Shown here in pieces: positions 50,673 to 63,300 of a stretch of DNA of 64,000 bases. The stretch spans positions 2,332,747 through 2,396,746 of the forward strand of contig SMSO01000037.1 of assembly GCA_004764695.1 (NCBI GenBank), in the 5' to 3' direction. A program made the position numbers and the translations under genes. Under the pieces are notes generated by a model. It was not told the origin of the DNA, ran no database searches, and saw only the letters and a list, made by a program, of their open reading frames with translations. The DNA is from Schizochytrium sp. TIO01. Taxonomy: Eukaryota; Protista; Bigyra: Labyrinthulomycetes. The number at the start of each line of letters is the position of its first letter. The first letter of the stretch is position 1.

Positions 50673-52499
50673 TTAGACACTCTGCTCCTGAGCCTTGGAT
50701 ACCGCAATCTCCATATCTTGGGCAGCCACCATAGCACCGTCCTCAGAGTGAGCCTCAACACGGCCAAGAAGCTCCGTCATAAAGACCATAAGCTCTCTCG
50801 GAGTAGACAACTTGGAAATAGCACCAGAAAAGTCTGCCTTAGAGACGTGTTTAAACAAGTCCTGAAAGCGTGGCTGATCCTGGTTTTGCGCGCCGGAGCC
50901 AGAGTTGCGCATGCGGCGCCTCTGTGCAGCAAGGAACCTACGTTCGGCCAGTTCCTCAAGCTGGAAGCGGCTCCAAGTCAAGTCACGCACAAAATGGCGA
51001 TCAAAGCGAGCCTCACGGACAATGCGGTCAGTCGAAAGATCCAGCGATGCGCGAGCATCTGGGAAGAAAAAGTGCAAACGACCCTGGTTCAAGACCTCAT
51101 TTTTGCATACCTCGCGTGCAAAGACCTTGAGCGCGCCGGGGTACATGAGCGGGTCAAGAAGGCCAACCTCATCGAAGCAATCGCCAAAGACTGCCATGCC
51201 CTGGAATCCGCAGGACTGGCACAGAGAGTCAATAAGCTCAAGCTTTTGCTGGGCAGAATGGCCAATGTGCAGTGCACGGATGCGCTCCGCAGTATCATCG
51301 AGCGAGAAGAGGCTGTTGAGGAGTGGCTCCACGAGGTCGGGGCGTGCATCTGCCACACGAAGAGGTGCGCAGAGTTCCTTGGCACGTGTCTGCTCCTGAG
51401 ATCTGGAGCGCTTCTGCATGGCGACGCCTGCCAGGAGGCTGCTTGCTCCAACTCCAGCCCAAGTCATCTGTGTCTGGGACACCTCCGGCAACAGCTGGCG
51501 CACTGAGTCCAGAATTGATGCGGCCGAATCGCTTGTGGACGAGTAGGTTCCTGAAAAACGCGACGGGGTCGAAGTTGCCGCGAAGTTGGGGCTCTCAAGC
51601 GAAGCAATGGATTGCTTGTCATCACTTCCAGAGTCCGTGAACATGCGTCGCAATCCAAGGGCTGCTGCACCAAGCGTGGTCACTACGACTCCCGCAGCTA
51701 CCAGGGTTTTAATAACCGCCATGGAGGAAAATGCGATTGGCAAGAGCTTTGCACGGAGAGCATTCAATGTAGCCGAGTCCTCCCTGGTGTACAGGTGTGC
51801 CAGAATGAGGAACTGTGTGGCACTGCGAGGGTTGTGAGAAAGTGCCTGCAAAATCATCTTGCCCTCAGGAGAACCTGTCACAACGTGTCGCATCATGTCA
51901 TTGATGGCGAAGGAAATGACGCAATCTGCGAGATCGCCACTTGACCAGTTCTCGGCAAAGTTGGCGTCCCAGTTGTCGCGGTCCGCGCCAATTGACTTCA
52001 TGTACTGCTTCAGGCAGTCATTCATGTGTCCCGGTCGGCACAGATTCACCACAAACACGGGGCTCTTACCCTGCTCTAGCATACGTTCATTGTACTCCTT
52101 GTACCGCTGCATCATCATCAGTCGGATCGTGGTCTTTCCTGACCCGCGCTTGCCGAAGAAGATGTACGTCATCTCCGAAGGGCGGAAACCCTGAAGATCT
52201 GAGAGCAGATAGAAAGCTCCAGACTGGAGAATAGACTTCTCAGCAGTTCGGTCCACGTAAGGGTTGTGGCTTAGGCCGAGCTTGGCGAGCATCTTGCTGG
52301 TGCCAGCCACCACTTGCCTTGAGGCATCATTGCCGTCGTCGTCGTCGTCGTCGTCGTCGATGTGCCTGCTACTTACACCGCTTGCACCAGGCGTCAGCTG
52401 CCTAGGAAAGTTCTTCTTCTCTCGATCCTCCACATCCTCTTGCTGCTGCTGTTGATCGTACTTACTCTCGCCCATGGTGCCCGCTTCACTCTTTGGCAT
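50673..52499 (-). CDS. P-loop NTPase with hydrophobic (putative transmembrane) insert, ~608 aa from first ATG
   Basis: Walker A FFGKRGSGKTT, Walker-B-like AVFGDCFDEV, intervening hydrophobic helices (VIKTLVAAGVVVTTLGAAALGL; WAGVGASSLLAGVAM), GC-rich codon bias. The ORF-track start at 52556 is GTG, so ATG at 52499 or 52475 is preferred. Confidence 0.85.
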   Translation of the reverse strand: MPKSEAGTMGESKYDQQQQQEDVEDREKKNFPRQLTPGASGVSSRHIDDDDDDDDGNDASRQVVAGTSKMLAKLGLSHNPYVDRTAEKSILQSGAFYLLSDLQGFRPSEMTYIFFGKRGSGKTTIRLMMMQRYKEYNERMLEQGKSPVFVVNLCRPGHMNDCLKQYMKSIGADRDNWDANFAENWSSGDLADCVISFAINDMMRHVVTGSPEGKMILQALSHNPRSATQFLILAHLYTREDSATLNALRAKLLPIAFSSMAVIKTLVAAGVVVTTLGAAALGLRRMFTDSGSDDKQSIASLESPNFAATSTPSRFSGTYSSTSDSAASILDSVRQLLPEVSQTQMTWAGVGASSLLAGVAMQKRSRSQEQTRAKELCAPLRVADARPDLVEPLLNSLFSLDDTAERIRALHIGHSAQQKLELIDSLCQSCGFQGMAVFGDCFDEVGLLDPLMYPGALKVFAREVCKNEVLNQGRLHFFFPDARASLDLSTDRIVREARFDRHFVRDLTWSRFQLEELAERRFLAAQRRRMRNSGSGAQNQDQPRFQDLFKHVSKADFSGAISKLSTPRELMVFMTELLGRVEAHSEDGAMVAAQDMEIAVSKAQEQSV

Positions 52500-53580
52500 T
52501 CCCAAACTGCCCAAGACGCAAGCAACGCCAGATGGAATCACAGAGAATAGGCTCACTGATTAACTAACTGATAGGAAGGGCCCTTGGTGAATACCCTCTG
52601 AGATGAAAGCTAGGGCAATGCCGTTTCGAAAGATTGAGGCACCCGCTTGCCTCTTCACGGAACGCTCCTCCTCGTTGCCGTCGTGCCGCAAACCCCGTTT
52701 GCTTCTCTCCTCGTCGTCTTTCTCTGCTTCCTTCTTTTACTTTGTGATTTCTTTCTTGCGATTTTTTTCAATTTCCTTGTTCTTGTATCTGTTTCTACTA
52801 CCTATAGCTAGTACTTTTAATTACTGCTATGTAGGCTAGCTAGCCAGCTACCTACCTACCTACCTACCTACCTATTACTACCACTTTGTGCAGCAAGTCA
52901 GTATCGATCAGTCTAACGCAGTCAGTTTTTGAGATAATTGATGGATGAAGGAGTGGGTATAAGATTTAACGCATCCATCGGCCCATTCGACTATCTATCA
53001 TGATTGTTCATCGACCATAGCGCAATCAGTGAAAGCAGTCCAAGTCCAGAGGCTTTCCATGGATCTTGCTCTCTCAAAGAATACTAGTAGAGTATACTAG
53101 TTGCCACGACTACTATAAGGGCATAAGCCTATACCTACCTACTGATAATTGATACGCCAAAAGAAAGAATCTTACGCTAGCGTTAACCATAATAGTTGAA
53201 TAGATAGCAGTATAGACTTGCCTTTCGAGAGAGAGTAATTTGTAAACAAGCACTTAGCCGCATATCTAGACAGTACTAGTCCTATTCTAGTATATCTTTA
53301 AAATTAAAAAATTACACATTGTTTTCAAAGAGCTAACCAACACCTAGTGTTGAACCCTAGAGTAAAGAGCAAAATAAAATGAGGTGGATGAGGACTACTA
53401 GCGCCGCGCCTACTTTACATAGGTATTACTTCCTCGGAGGCAGACTATCTTGCTGCCCCACTAGTAGCTAGCGGCCCGGCCGCACCCGAACCCGAACCCT
53501 GTCCAAGGTGACACGGAATGATTATCAACTTTTGTTTGTGACAAACTGATCATGGGTTGTTCTCAAGGTGCTTCGCGAAA

Positions 53581-53642
53581 GAAAGAAGAAGAAGAAGAAG
53601 AAGAAGAAGATGAAGATGAAGATGAAGATGAAGAAGAAGAAG
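53581..53642 (+). repeat. (GAA)n/(GAAGAT)n microsatellite
   Basis: Read directly from sequence. Confidence 0.9.
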
Positions 53643-55209
53643 GCATGTTAAATATAACTCCACGTCCTGTGAGAAAACACCACTATTTTCTCATAATTGA
53701 TAATGCTTCTCTGAAAAACAAAACAAAGAACTTTCAATTTTGTGTCGGTTTCAAAACTTGCTTAAAACGACAGACAGCATTGTCTAATCGGTTTAGCTAA
53801 TCCCTTGTCATTCATCATCAAACAAACATCACCGAGGCCTAAGAATAGCTTCTACTAACTTTGTATGTTAGGTTGCTCTATTTCAAACTCCAGGTACTTT
53901 TGTTCACTCTCACTCAGAGAATAGTCCTATCAGTCCTCGTTGAAAAACGCTTGTCAATATCTGATGAAACTTGGAATAGCGTCATTCTAGCTCTGCCCAT
54001 AGTCTAGCTCTGCCCATAGCAAACCTACTGCATCAGAGCCTTGTGTAAATCAAACAGCTTCAAAGCTCTTACTTTAAGGGCTTAGATGTTGTGCTCAACA
54101 AGCTCCCTCCTTGCACGTTCCTCGGAATGTGCCGTCGCTTTGGAGAGGAGAGTTCCTGTCTTTAGCAACAGTGGCTACCTATGTAGTACTGGTGCATTAG
54201 GACTTACTTATCTGCTACTAGAGGCTGAAGTAGATTTGCGCGATGTAATGATTCTTGTTATATGCAATAAGACTACCTAGCTCCTTCTAGAATAGTATCG
54301 CAGCCAGCCAGGTTCGGACAGAGCTTTTTTCTTCTCTTGCTAACACGAAGGGTGTCCTGAACGGGAATGTAATATAGATGACTCCTTCAATTACATCACT
54401 ATAACTGAGCTGCTATGTTGACCCACGCCAACATGGGATGGGGTTTCCCCATCGAAACATATTCCAAGCACATGTCTTATTACTTGTAGTCGCTTATCTT
54501 TGGTTTATATAAATACAAGAGCTACAGAAGTAAGCTCATCTACTGGGATAAACGGCCAACTATCTTTGCAATAGCTGCCTACTATCGCGGAGTTTTCTCA
54601 AACTTCGAACGTATATCTAGAAAAGTCAGAAGACTGAAAACCGAGCTCGACCAAATCTTTGCGTACTACAATACACAAAAGGAAGAAATGGACCTTGGAA
54701 GAGGAAGTATGTGCATATGTCCATATACAAAGTCAAAGAACTGTCAGGTTCAAGACGGCGCATATTACTCACAACGCCCTTTAGTTTGAGACATCAAAAG
54801 TTCCGTACTGTTCAGCTAGGGGGAGATATCATAGACTTAAGAAGGTATTTTGATCTTAGATCTTTTAGCAATCTGCTGACCTAGGGAATTAATCCCAAGG
54901 CAGATTGACTCATAATACATTTCATTGATCCAGACAAATACGATCTAGATTCTACATAAATGGCGAGAATAGGATATTATTACTCAGATCGACAATCGAA
55001 GATTGTACGAACAAATGTAATAAAGGAAGGCTCTTTACCAAGCTTACATGAAACCCAAGGACACAAAGATATACTTAAGACAATGCGTACGCATTCTGAA
55101 GTACGGCTATGCAACGTATCATTTTGGTTGCAGAATAGGAGAAGAGGTTCACTAAAAATACAACTTATGGGTGAAGATCTACATGAGGAGAACCCCAAGC
55201 CCCTCGTGA

Positions 55210-55627
55210 TTGCTGAAAGATGAGTCTGATTAGCTTGAGATTGACTGTAAAGGCGAAGGCAAGAGGCTTGATGAAGGCTTCAAGAAGGCTGATTTAAGAG
55301 TTAGCGAACTACTGTCCTTAAGAATGAATTCCAGGACAGATGGATTCATGTAGTAATTAAGGAGATTAAGACATTTTTGAAAGGTGTTAGAGATAATCGA
55401 TGGAGTTAGGTTAATTCAACCTCTACAACCATCGATTTAAGTTACACCATGCTTGGGTGTAGGTAATTCGTATGCGCACTTCTAGTTCTTGACTCCGCCA
55501 GCCACATGAATCTGGCTGCTTATTCTTGCTCTATTGTAAACCTTATGTCTACTGGAGTTGCACAAAAGGACGCCAACAACTCTAGCAATGTCTTGTCCAC
55601 TAGTTCTTTCGATTGGAGATCTCAGCA
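55210..55627. repeat. Dispersed degenerate repeat, copy B (inverted relative to A and C)
   Basis: Reverse complement TGCTGAGATCTCCAATCGAAAGAACTAGTGGACAAGACATTGCT aligns with 33635-33680. Encodes LEIDCKGEGKRLDEGFKK versus LEVDCKDEGKSLDECFKK in copy A. Confidence 0.78.
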
Positions 55628-56387
55628 ATGATATCAATAAGTACTGAGATTACCAACCGCAGGGTCATGTAGACAAGACATTATCAGAGTTCTTGACACT
55701 CTATTTAAACTCCTAAACTATAAACATTTATACATGATGAGGATACAATCATCAAGCTCAAAGGTATGAGACCAAGGAAACTTGCATATGAAAATAAAAG
55801 TTATAAAGGATTTCGGTATTCTTCTCATTTGCCTAACGCACTAAAACAAATGCTCTGTAAAAATCTAAAGATTGAAAGTGCAGTACATAATCCAAGGAAG
55901 ATGCACGGGCAAGTCTACATCAGCAGTTGTAGAACTTGATTATTCTAATTCCTTGAATTCTGCGTAATAACAGATGGAGCTTGTCTTAATCTCTTAATTA
56001 GAATATTAAGCAATCCACTTAGACGTTCATCTCAGATCGCTCATTCTGTAAGCCAGAGCTTACAATGCACTTTCCTAAGTTTCATCATGCTTCATTGTCT
56101 AAATCTTTACAGTTTAACCTCTGGCTTGTCTTAAGTTTACTTGTTTCTTCAACTATCGATTCATATTTTACCATACATAGTTCTAATGAACTTGTATGTC
56201 CATGTTCAATTCTTGGCTACCTTGGATTCACAACCACGGTTTTGGCTGTCGAGTTCTGATCCTGTGAACGTCGTAGTTCTTTGAGAACTTAGACTGGCGT
56301 GGCACGAACCTGTGGAGCAATGTGTTTTCCACATATTGTTTCGAAAGGAGATGTCGGGTAACAATGTGTTTTCGTATAGCTTATATA

Positions 56388-56763
56388 GCTGCTGAGATCT
56401 CCAATTAAAGGGTCTAGTAGTAGACTTGTTATAGGCATTCCTTTGGAAAGACCTCATGGGTATAGCGTTTGCAATATAATAAAAGTAGACACCCAGACAT
56501 GCATGGCTGAGAGGTGAATAACCAAAAGTGAGTCGCCGCATTCCCCGGAATCAAGTATGGTGTAATCTGCATTAATGGTTGAGACGTTGAGTTAACCGAA
56601 CCCCGTCATTTCTGTCTAATAACAAAGTTCATGAATGTCATAGTTTCCCAATTTCGACACCGACTAGTCTGTCTTGGAATTCAATTCCCAAGGACAGCAG
56701 TTCGTTACCTCTTGAAACCAACCTTCTAAAATCCTTCATCAAGACTGTTGCCTTTATCTTTAT
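56388..56763. repeat. Dispersed degenerate repeat, copy C
   Basis: GCTGAGATCTCCAAT at ~56391. CAGTTCGTTACCTCTTGAAACCAACCTTCTAAAATCCTTCATCAAGACTGTTGCCTTTATCTTT at ~56698 aligns with ~33957-34020. Confidence 0.72.
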
Positions 56764-58051
56764 AGTGAGCAGGTTCATCTCTTAGCAATAGTGTAGTGTA
56801 GATTTACTCAAATAAACATTATCTCAAGAGTTTCTAATTCATGATTTACTACTGTACCAAATACTCTGTTGAAAGTTCATTCCAGTCAGAATATCAATGC
56901 CAGCGTTTTTGCTAAAAGGTTTATGTGCGCGATAATCAAAGAAGTAATATCATAAAGTCTGGTGCACTAAGCCACACAAGCAAGACTACACTTTTCCTAA
57001 AAGTGCCAGTTGTCACGAATACAGAAGAAGCAAAATAAATGCATCTAGCCAAAATCAGAAGTAAAAGTTCGGGAGTGGCATAGCAATTTAATCATGGAAG
57101 ATATCCAAAAGTCAATGTTCCTAACATATTATTTAGTTTGAGTTCCAAGTTTAGTACATTTATATCTCACCAGCACGATGTCTTAATCTCGGGCAAGAAT
57201 TTGGTGCAGCTTTTCTCTAGTTTGCTTTGTGCTTGATGAATCTCAAGTTTCAGGAGACTCGAAAGATTACAAAAGTTAGGCAGATCTATCTATTTGAGTG
57301 AAACTCCAAAAATGAAAAAACAATCAGCTAGAGCTAGATAGTATTGAAGAGAAGCTTGTGCTGTGAAGCGTGCAGAGGTAGTCTGATAAGGATGGCGAAC
57401 TCAGGAGAAAGAGAAAGATGATGGTATATGACTTCTTGGGGTTTCGGGTCTGGATACAGGCAGGATGAATGTATCATGTCAGTCCAATCAATACACAGGA
57501 GGTGTCGGACAGAAGAACTAAGCTAGCTTAGGTGAGGTAAGGTTAGGCAGTTGCTGTTTATTACTTCAATAGATACTAAAGGTTGCAAATTCGCCCGACC
57601 TTCCATAATTTATTTCTCATAGATGGAATAGATGAATCGTTTGGACTGCTCTTCTTCAGAGTTCATATTTACAATAATGAATAGCTTCTGGGTTTCAAAG
57701 ATTGGAAAACCCTCCAGATTCTTCGTATCAAGATCACCATTTGCTAGCATACTTCAGGGTCGCGCGTCATTCCTGCACAGCCCCACATCGAGAGTATGGC
57801 TTACTTTTTACTTACAAACTCCTCTTTCTTTTACAACGCTACTTTTCCTTTTTCTACTGACTAATGAGCAACCACAGTGACTTTTTACTTTGCAAATATT
57901 ATAAAGAATTTTGAGCACTAGAAACAATGTTAAAAATGGAAATTACAGCGATATATGTACATGTTATGTAGGTTGGGATGAAGATAAGGTGTACAGAAAT
58001 CCAATTCTTAATGGTATGCTGGTTGTACTGTAGAAACACTTTCTTTCCCGT

Positions 58052-59983
58052 TCACGGAAGAAGTCGAACGTCGACAACATCTCCGATCTTCTGAATCCGT
58101 AGGCGCATCTGATGCTGGTCTTGCTGACGCTCCTCCATGCCACACCTTGACTTCATCAATTCCACAGCCTGGCGAGTGATCTGCTCTAACGCTACACGAG
58201 AAAGTCCAAGAATTTCGCATGCGGAAGAAATGTGAGGCAGAGAGTCTTCATTCTCGTCCAAACTAGGTGAAGTTGGAGACTTATTTGCAAGTGTGGGAGA
58301 GTTAGACGAGATAGAAAAGTCCACAGCACCTGTTTGACTTCGTGTGCGAAGAGTCCGTCGGCTGGAAGATCTTGACGCAGCAGCAGCCTGGGCAATTCGG
58401 GATGATGTACGGCGGCGTTTCGACACTGGGAATTCTGGCGATTAGTATAGTCACTAACTTCACTGCCAGAAGAGTCACTACATTCATTGCTATAATTGTC
58501 ATCATCGTCTTCCTCAAGGTCTTGATCATCCTCAGCGTAGTTTACACGTGACTGACCGGCGCTTGCTTGTCGCCTGCTAGTTCTACGTGACTGCACGGGG
58601 GTTTGCACACTTCGAGTACGTACTCTACCGCTCGGTGATCTTGCAGAAATGGCATCTGTCTGATTGTTGGCAGTAACAACATTCAGACGTTGATCAAGCT
58701 CAACCTCGTGCACTAAAGCTTGAATGATGGTTTCGTGTTGCTCAGGAGAGCTGAATACCTCCAAAGGACGCATCTGAGCGCGTATAATTCTCTCCGATCG
58801 ATTTCCTCTGAGCCATTTTCGGTGTCGTTCTCGCCAGTCAACATAGTTACGTTCCTTTGCGAGTTGTTTTCGCCGCATGCGTTCGTCGAGTTTCTTATTG
58901 TATTGCTCAATAACACGGAGTTTAGCCAGAAGAGAGAGTCGGGGCAGAGAGCTCGCGTTGTAATCTGAGGGGGTGTGAAACCTTGTCAGAAGAGCTTGAA
59001 CCTCTGGGATAGAAAATTGAAGATCGCAAAGCAAAAGTTCTGCCGTTTGTTGATACTCAATATCAAATTCATCACGGAGAGGCATGTATCCCACGAGATC
59101 AAGAGACACAGCATAGTCAGGGTCTCGGTGCTGAAATAATTTCGTATCATGCTGCTGGTGTTCTGAGCCATGAAATTGATTACAATGTAGAGCGCCTACC
59201 TCTGTGCCGGGTTCTTTTCCAGCTGACGAGGCGAAAATGTAGAACTGCAGATAGTGGTTTTTGACTTGCTCAGGAGATTTCTCGTCCCCAAGGTATTTAG
59301 AGACTGCCTCCCAATTATCCATTCCATGCAATTCAAGACCTTCCAGTAAATGAAGCTCGTCTTCAATCGTCCAGCCCTCACAAAATAGATGTTGTTGAGG
59401 AGAGCTCATAACCCGGTAAGCGTGACCTGCTTGATGAGTTTCGTTGCCCTTTCCACGTGAAAAGCAGATAGGGCAGATGTAAATGTTTTCAGCCTTGGAT
59501 TGTAGTTCCTGCTGTGTCAAACCACCAGCACTTTTCGGTTCTTTGTAAGCATTTAGCGAAGGGTTACCAGGCGTGTTGTTGGGGTTATTATAGGTCGGCC
59601 CTTTGGATTGTAAGGGCTCTTTGGCAAGCTTTAGAACGCCATCTTCGTGGCAAGTGTGTACTACTTTGGAGGCCTGGGTGTGGTTGTTCTTAGTAGCAGC
59701 TGCATGAATGGATCTGTGTGAGTTTTCTGGGCTGCCTGTTGCAAACGGGTTATTCTGAGCTGCAGAGCAATCTTCGCACTTGAACCATGGTTGTGTTTTC
59801 ACAATTTCAAGTTTACAGACTGCACAAAAACAGGGTTCTTCGGAAAAATTGACTCCAAAATCCTTCTCACGAAGCCGCCAGAGTCGGGAAAGCTTACGCA
59901 CACGTTCCCTTTGCTCAAGGGCTGCGCGGTCCTCTTCTTGTTGCACCCTCATCTTTCTTTTTGGCTCTTGCTCGCTTTACCAT
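58052..59983 (-). CDS. ADA2: Transcriptional adaptor ADA2 (SAGA subunit), ~643 aa after correcting two 1-nt indels
   Basis: ZZ finger (CAVC..KCEDC...ICPICF..H...H.Y), SANT/Myb domain (WTIEDELHLLEGLELHGMDNWEAVSKYLG), ADA2 core GYMPLRDEFDIEY...AELLLCDL and YNKKLDERMRRK. Confidence 0.9.
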
Positions 59984-60353
59984 GTTTATGGTTTGAAAAG
60001 TTGGTGAAATGTTTATTTCTAGTGTAGATGTTATTGGCAAAATCCTCTTCCCGACAGGAATGGTCAGATCAGACCGACTGCAATGAAAAGATCCAAAGCT
60101 TTCGCTCAAAAATTAACACCAAGAGGCCTATAATAGTAAGGATGCTGTTCTCAGACACGAACTATGAAAAGTGGAGGACTTTGGCACTTATTAGCGAGGA
60201 TGAGACGCCACTTCGAGATGAAACGATTGATCGAATTCTTAGATTGTACATGTTATATATATTCTTGTGTTTTGTTTTTGTTCCTGTTAATTAATAATGA
60301 ATATATATTGATGTGAAGTACAGCCTGAGCATGTGATATTCTTTTGGCTTCAG

Positions 60354-60354
<1 letters not shown>

Positions 60355-60393
<39 letters not shown>
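60355..60393 (+). repeat. (ATT)n microsatellite
   Basis: Read directly from sequence. Confidence 0.9.
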
Positions 60394-63300
60394 TAGAAAC
60401 AATAATAGGAGTACCCGAGTTAATAAATAGGCGAATATGAGTACAGTCGTCTGTGTTAGGCCAGGGACTATTAAACGGGAAATGATATTCCCTTTGACGT
60501 CTTTAAAATAAGAATTGTAAATCTCTTGAATAGGCAGTAGCTACTTAGCGGATATGAGCAGGTGTTATAAAGGTCTAGGTATTGTTGCCACCTAACAAGA
60601 AATATTAAGGCAGCAAGGGCGCGGAGTATTCTCTTCCACTTTTTGAAATATGACCTCAATTTCATTAAAATACGGTGCTTCTTTGCGTCTAGGGTTTAGC
60701 AACATAATAACAGGAAACAATATCATCTATGATGAACCAGATAAAAACATGTGCCAGGAAGGTCTCCTTGACTCTCAGACTTATTAAAGGCACCTGTAGA
60801 GTAAAAGAAATCTGCAAAAAAAGAGATAGCAGCCTATGCTTAACCTTTCATCAGGTGAATCAAGGGCCGAAAGAAGAAAACTAAGCAGAAGAGTAAAAGG
60901 AGACATAACTACGGACACAGAAGTGTTGAGTTGGTGATTGTGTGCCGAATTTTCTGATGGTGGACATTTCAGGAAGAAGTCAGCACAAAAGAAAAAAAAG
61001 ACAACACCGTAATCTCGCTGTAGCTGAAGACGATTTCATTGTGTGCTTTTCTGTTCCAAAACAACGCCATCATACATTGGCAGCCAGTCTCAATGGGCGA
61101 CAAACCTATTGTTTACTAGCTAGCTAATAAGCTGCTATTTGCGCAGAGCCTTTTGAGGCTATTCTCGATCTCGAAATGAAAAGAGCAATTATTATTATAA
61201 TATACTCTGAGGTATATGAGTAGAGAAGATAAGTAAGTTGGCAAATGCGGTGAGCTGAAGAATTGGTGCGTGTTCTGCCTCTGTGTGTAAAATATTTACA
61301 TGACGTCTTGAAACTGCTTGGCAGCATATAATAACCAGACCCCGTGTTTCTGGTCCTGCTCTGGTGTCCTCACTCAATTATGTCAGCGCCAGCACAATAG
61401 TTACGCTGATAAAGGTTGCCTTGTATGAAGGTTTGAGGTGGCACCATCATGACGACGCAAGAAAACACAACCCCACCCACAGTTATCCAAGTGCATTAAA
61501 AGTACTAACTCAAGGAGAAGAAATAAGCTTGAGTGTTTTTCTCTTATCTGCAGATACTTGCGAGCATCAATATTATTGCTGCAACGAATCATCACACGAA
61601 GCAAAACAAATGCCATCATTTTTATATACTTCAAAAAACAACTTGAATTGTTTTGTCTCGAAACAGGAACGAGAGAGAGAGGTGATGCAGATACGTGTTA
61701 GCCACCAGTGTGAGCTATACGAACTAAAGGGCAGAGAGAACAGTGAGAATTCGCTAAGCTTCCCTTCTTTCAGAGGAGGCAGATTGTGAGACATTGCCCA
61801 CAAGCTCGTTTGTTTTTACTATTTCCACCCCACCCCCCGCTACATCGATCGACAATGTGGCCCGTGAATTTGCGATTAGTTGCTTCTGTGAGACATGAAA
61901 GGTAATAAAAAAGCTCAGCTCGTTTTCTTTTACCATTTTCCCTCTTCTTCTCTTTTGTTCAATTTGCGCATGGTTTGGGAGAGAAACAAAAGGAAATAAC
62001 CAAAGCATAAATAATGTTTACCTATTTTAAAGCTAAAATTTTTAATGCAGAAACAATTACAGTGTTTTCAATTTCCTCCTATCTGGCACACTTCTAATTT
62101 CAATCCCCCCAAAAGGGAGATGATGATGAAGAAACGCAAACGAAGTAAAAGAACAACAGGACGAGACCTCTGTTTCGCTTTGTTATTTCAAGAAAACATT
62201 AAATTCCTTAGGATCATAATATATTAAAATTTAAATAGAAAAAAGCGGAGAAGTTGAAAAGTAAAATAAAGTAGAGAAGGCTGCATGATTGCAAAAAGAA
62301 CGCAAATTCGAGGTCAGCATGACAGGTGAGACTCTATCTTATTTTGCACAAGAAATCAAGGTTGTTAAATAATTACATTTCAGATTTTATGAAAACCACA
62401 ACCCTCCGCGGAAAGTTCACAATCATGACTTATAAAATGAACCAAGGTGAAACGAAGTACTCCAACCTAAAGTCCATCTATCTGCGCACTCTCGCTCACT
62501 GGTCAGAGGGTACTCAGTCAAACAACCCCTTTCTTAAACTTTTAAATTTTACAAATTCAAGTAGGTTGTATATGCTTTTCGCGAAAATGAATGCGTTATT
62601 TGCACCCAATGGCGAGCTAATCTATGTGTGGTTCCTGTACTTCCTGAATATCTAGACCTAGTAATAGACGAACATCATGATCTATATTATTATTTCTTCT
62701 CAAGAAAAGGGGATGTTAAACATGTGAAGGCTTACCCTTGGCTCCTATAGTAAGAAAGTAGCAGCTGAGTATCATGAATTTCACAATTGTGAAAAGAGAG
62801 TGGCCCCACTGTCTTTATGATAAGCAGTATATACTCATCTCCGCAAGAATCTACTAAAGTAAGAAGAGAGCTTGAGCTTTGAACTTTCATCAATTAAACA
62901 AACTTGAGCAGAAGCGAGCATTTAGGAAAAGAAGCAACGTATAGTTTTGAGCTAACCTAGTATTTTGTAAAACCTATCAGTCCATGACTTAAAGACAACC
63001 TGGCGAGAGCGAGGAGCTTTTGCTCTTCACGTTTTGCAAACGCAAAACTATACGCACGATGGAAGAGAATTAGCTAATGCCAAAAAACGAGGAGGCACAC
63101 ATTGCACGTTGGATGTTGCAATTGTAGCCAGCGGGAATGAGAATTTGATGCTTCTCCATTTTCAAAAAGCTGCAACTTCATAAGAGCTGTGGTAGCCACT
63201 TTTCAATTTCAGATTCATCATAAACCTGTAGTGACTACGATTTACTTGATGCTATAGTAGCTAATCGAAAGGTATAAAGGTTAAAATTGCGAGTTGAGCA

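Noticed and set aside
50631-52234. 291-aa and other plus-strand ORFs
   Set aside because: Antisense shadows of the GC-rich P-loop NTPase gene.
53552-53800. 82-aa acidic ORF
   Set aside because: Open mainly because of a GAA/GAT microsatellite; no other coding evidence.
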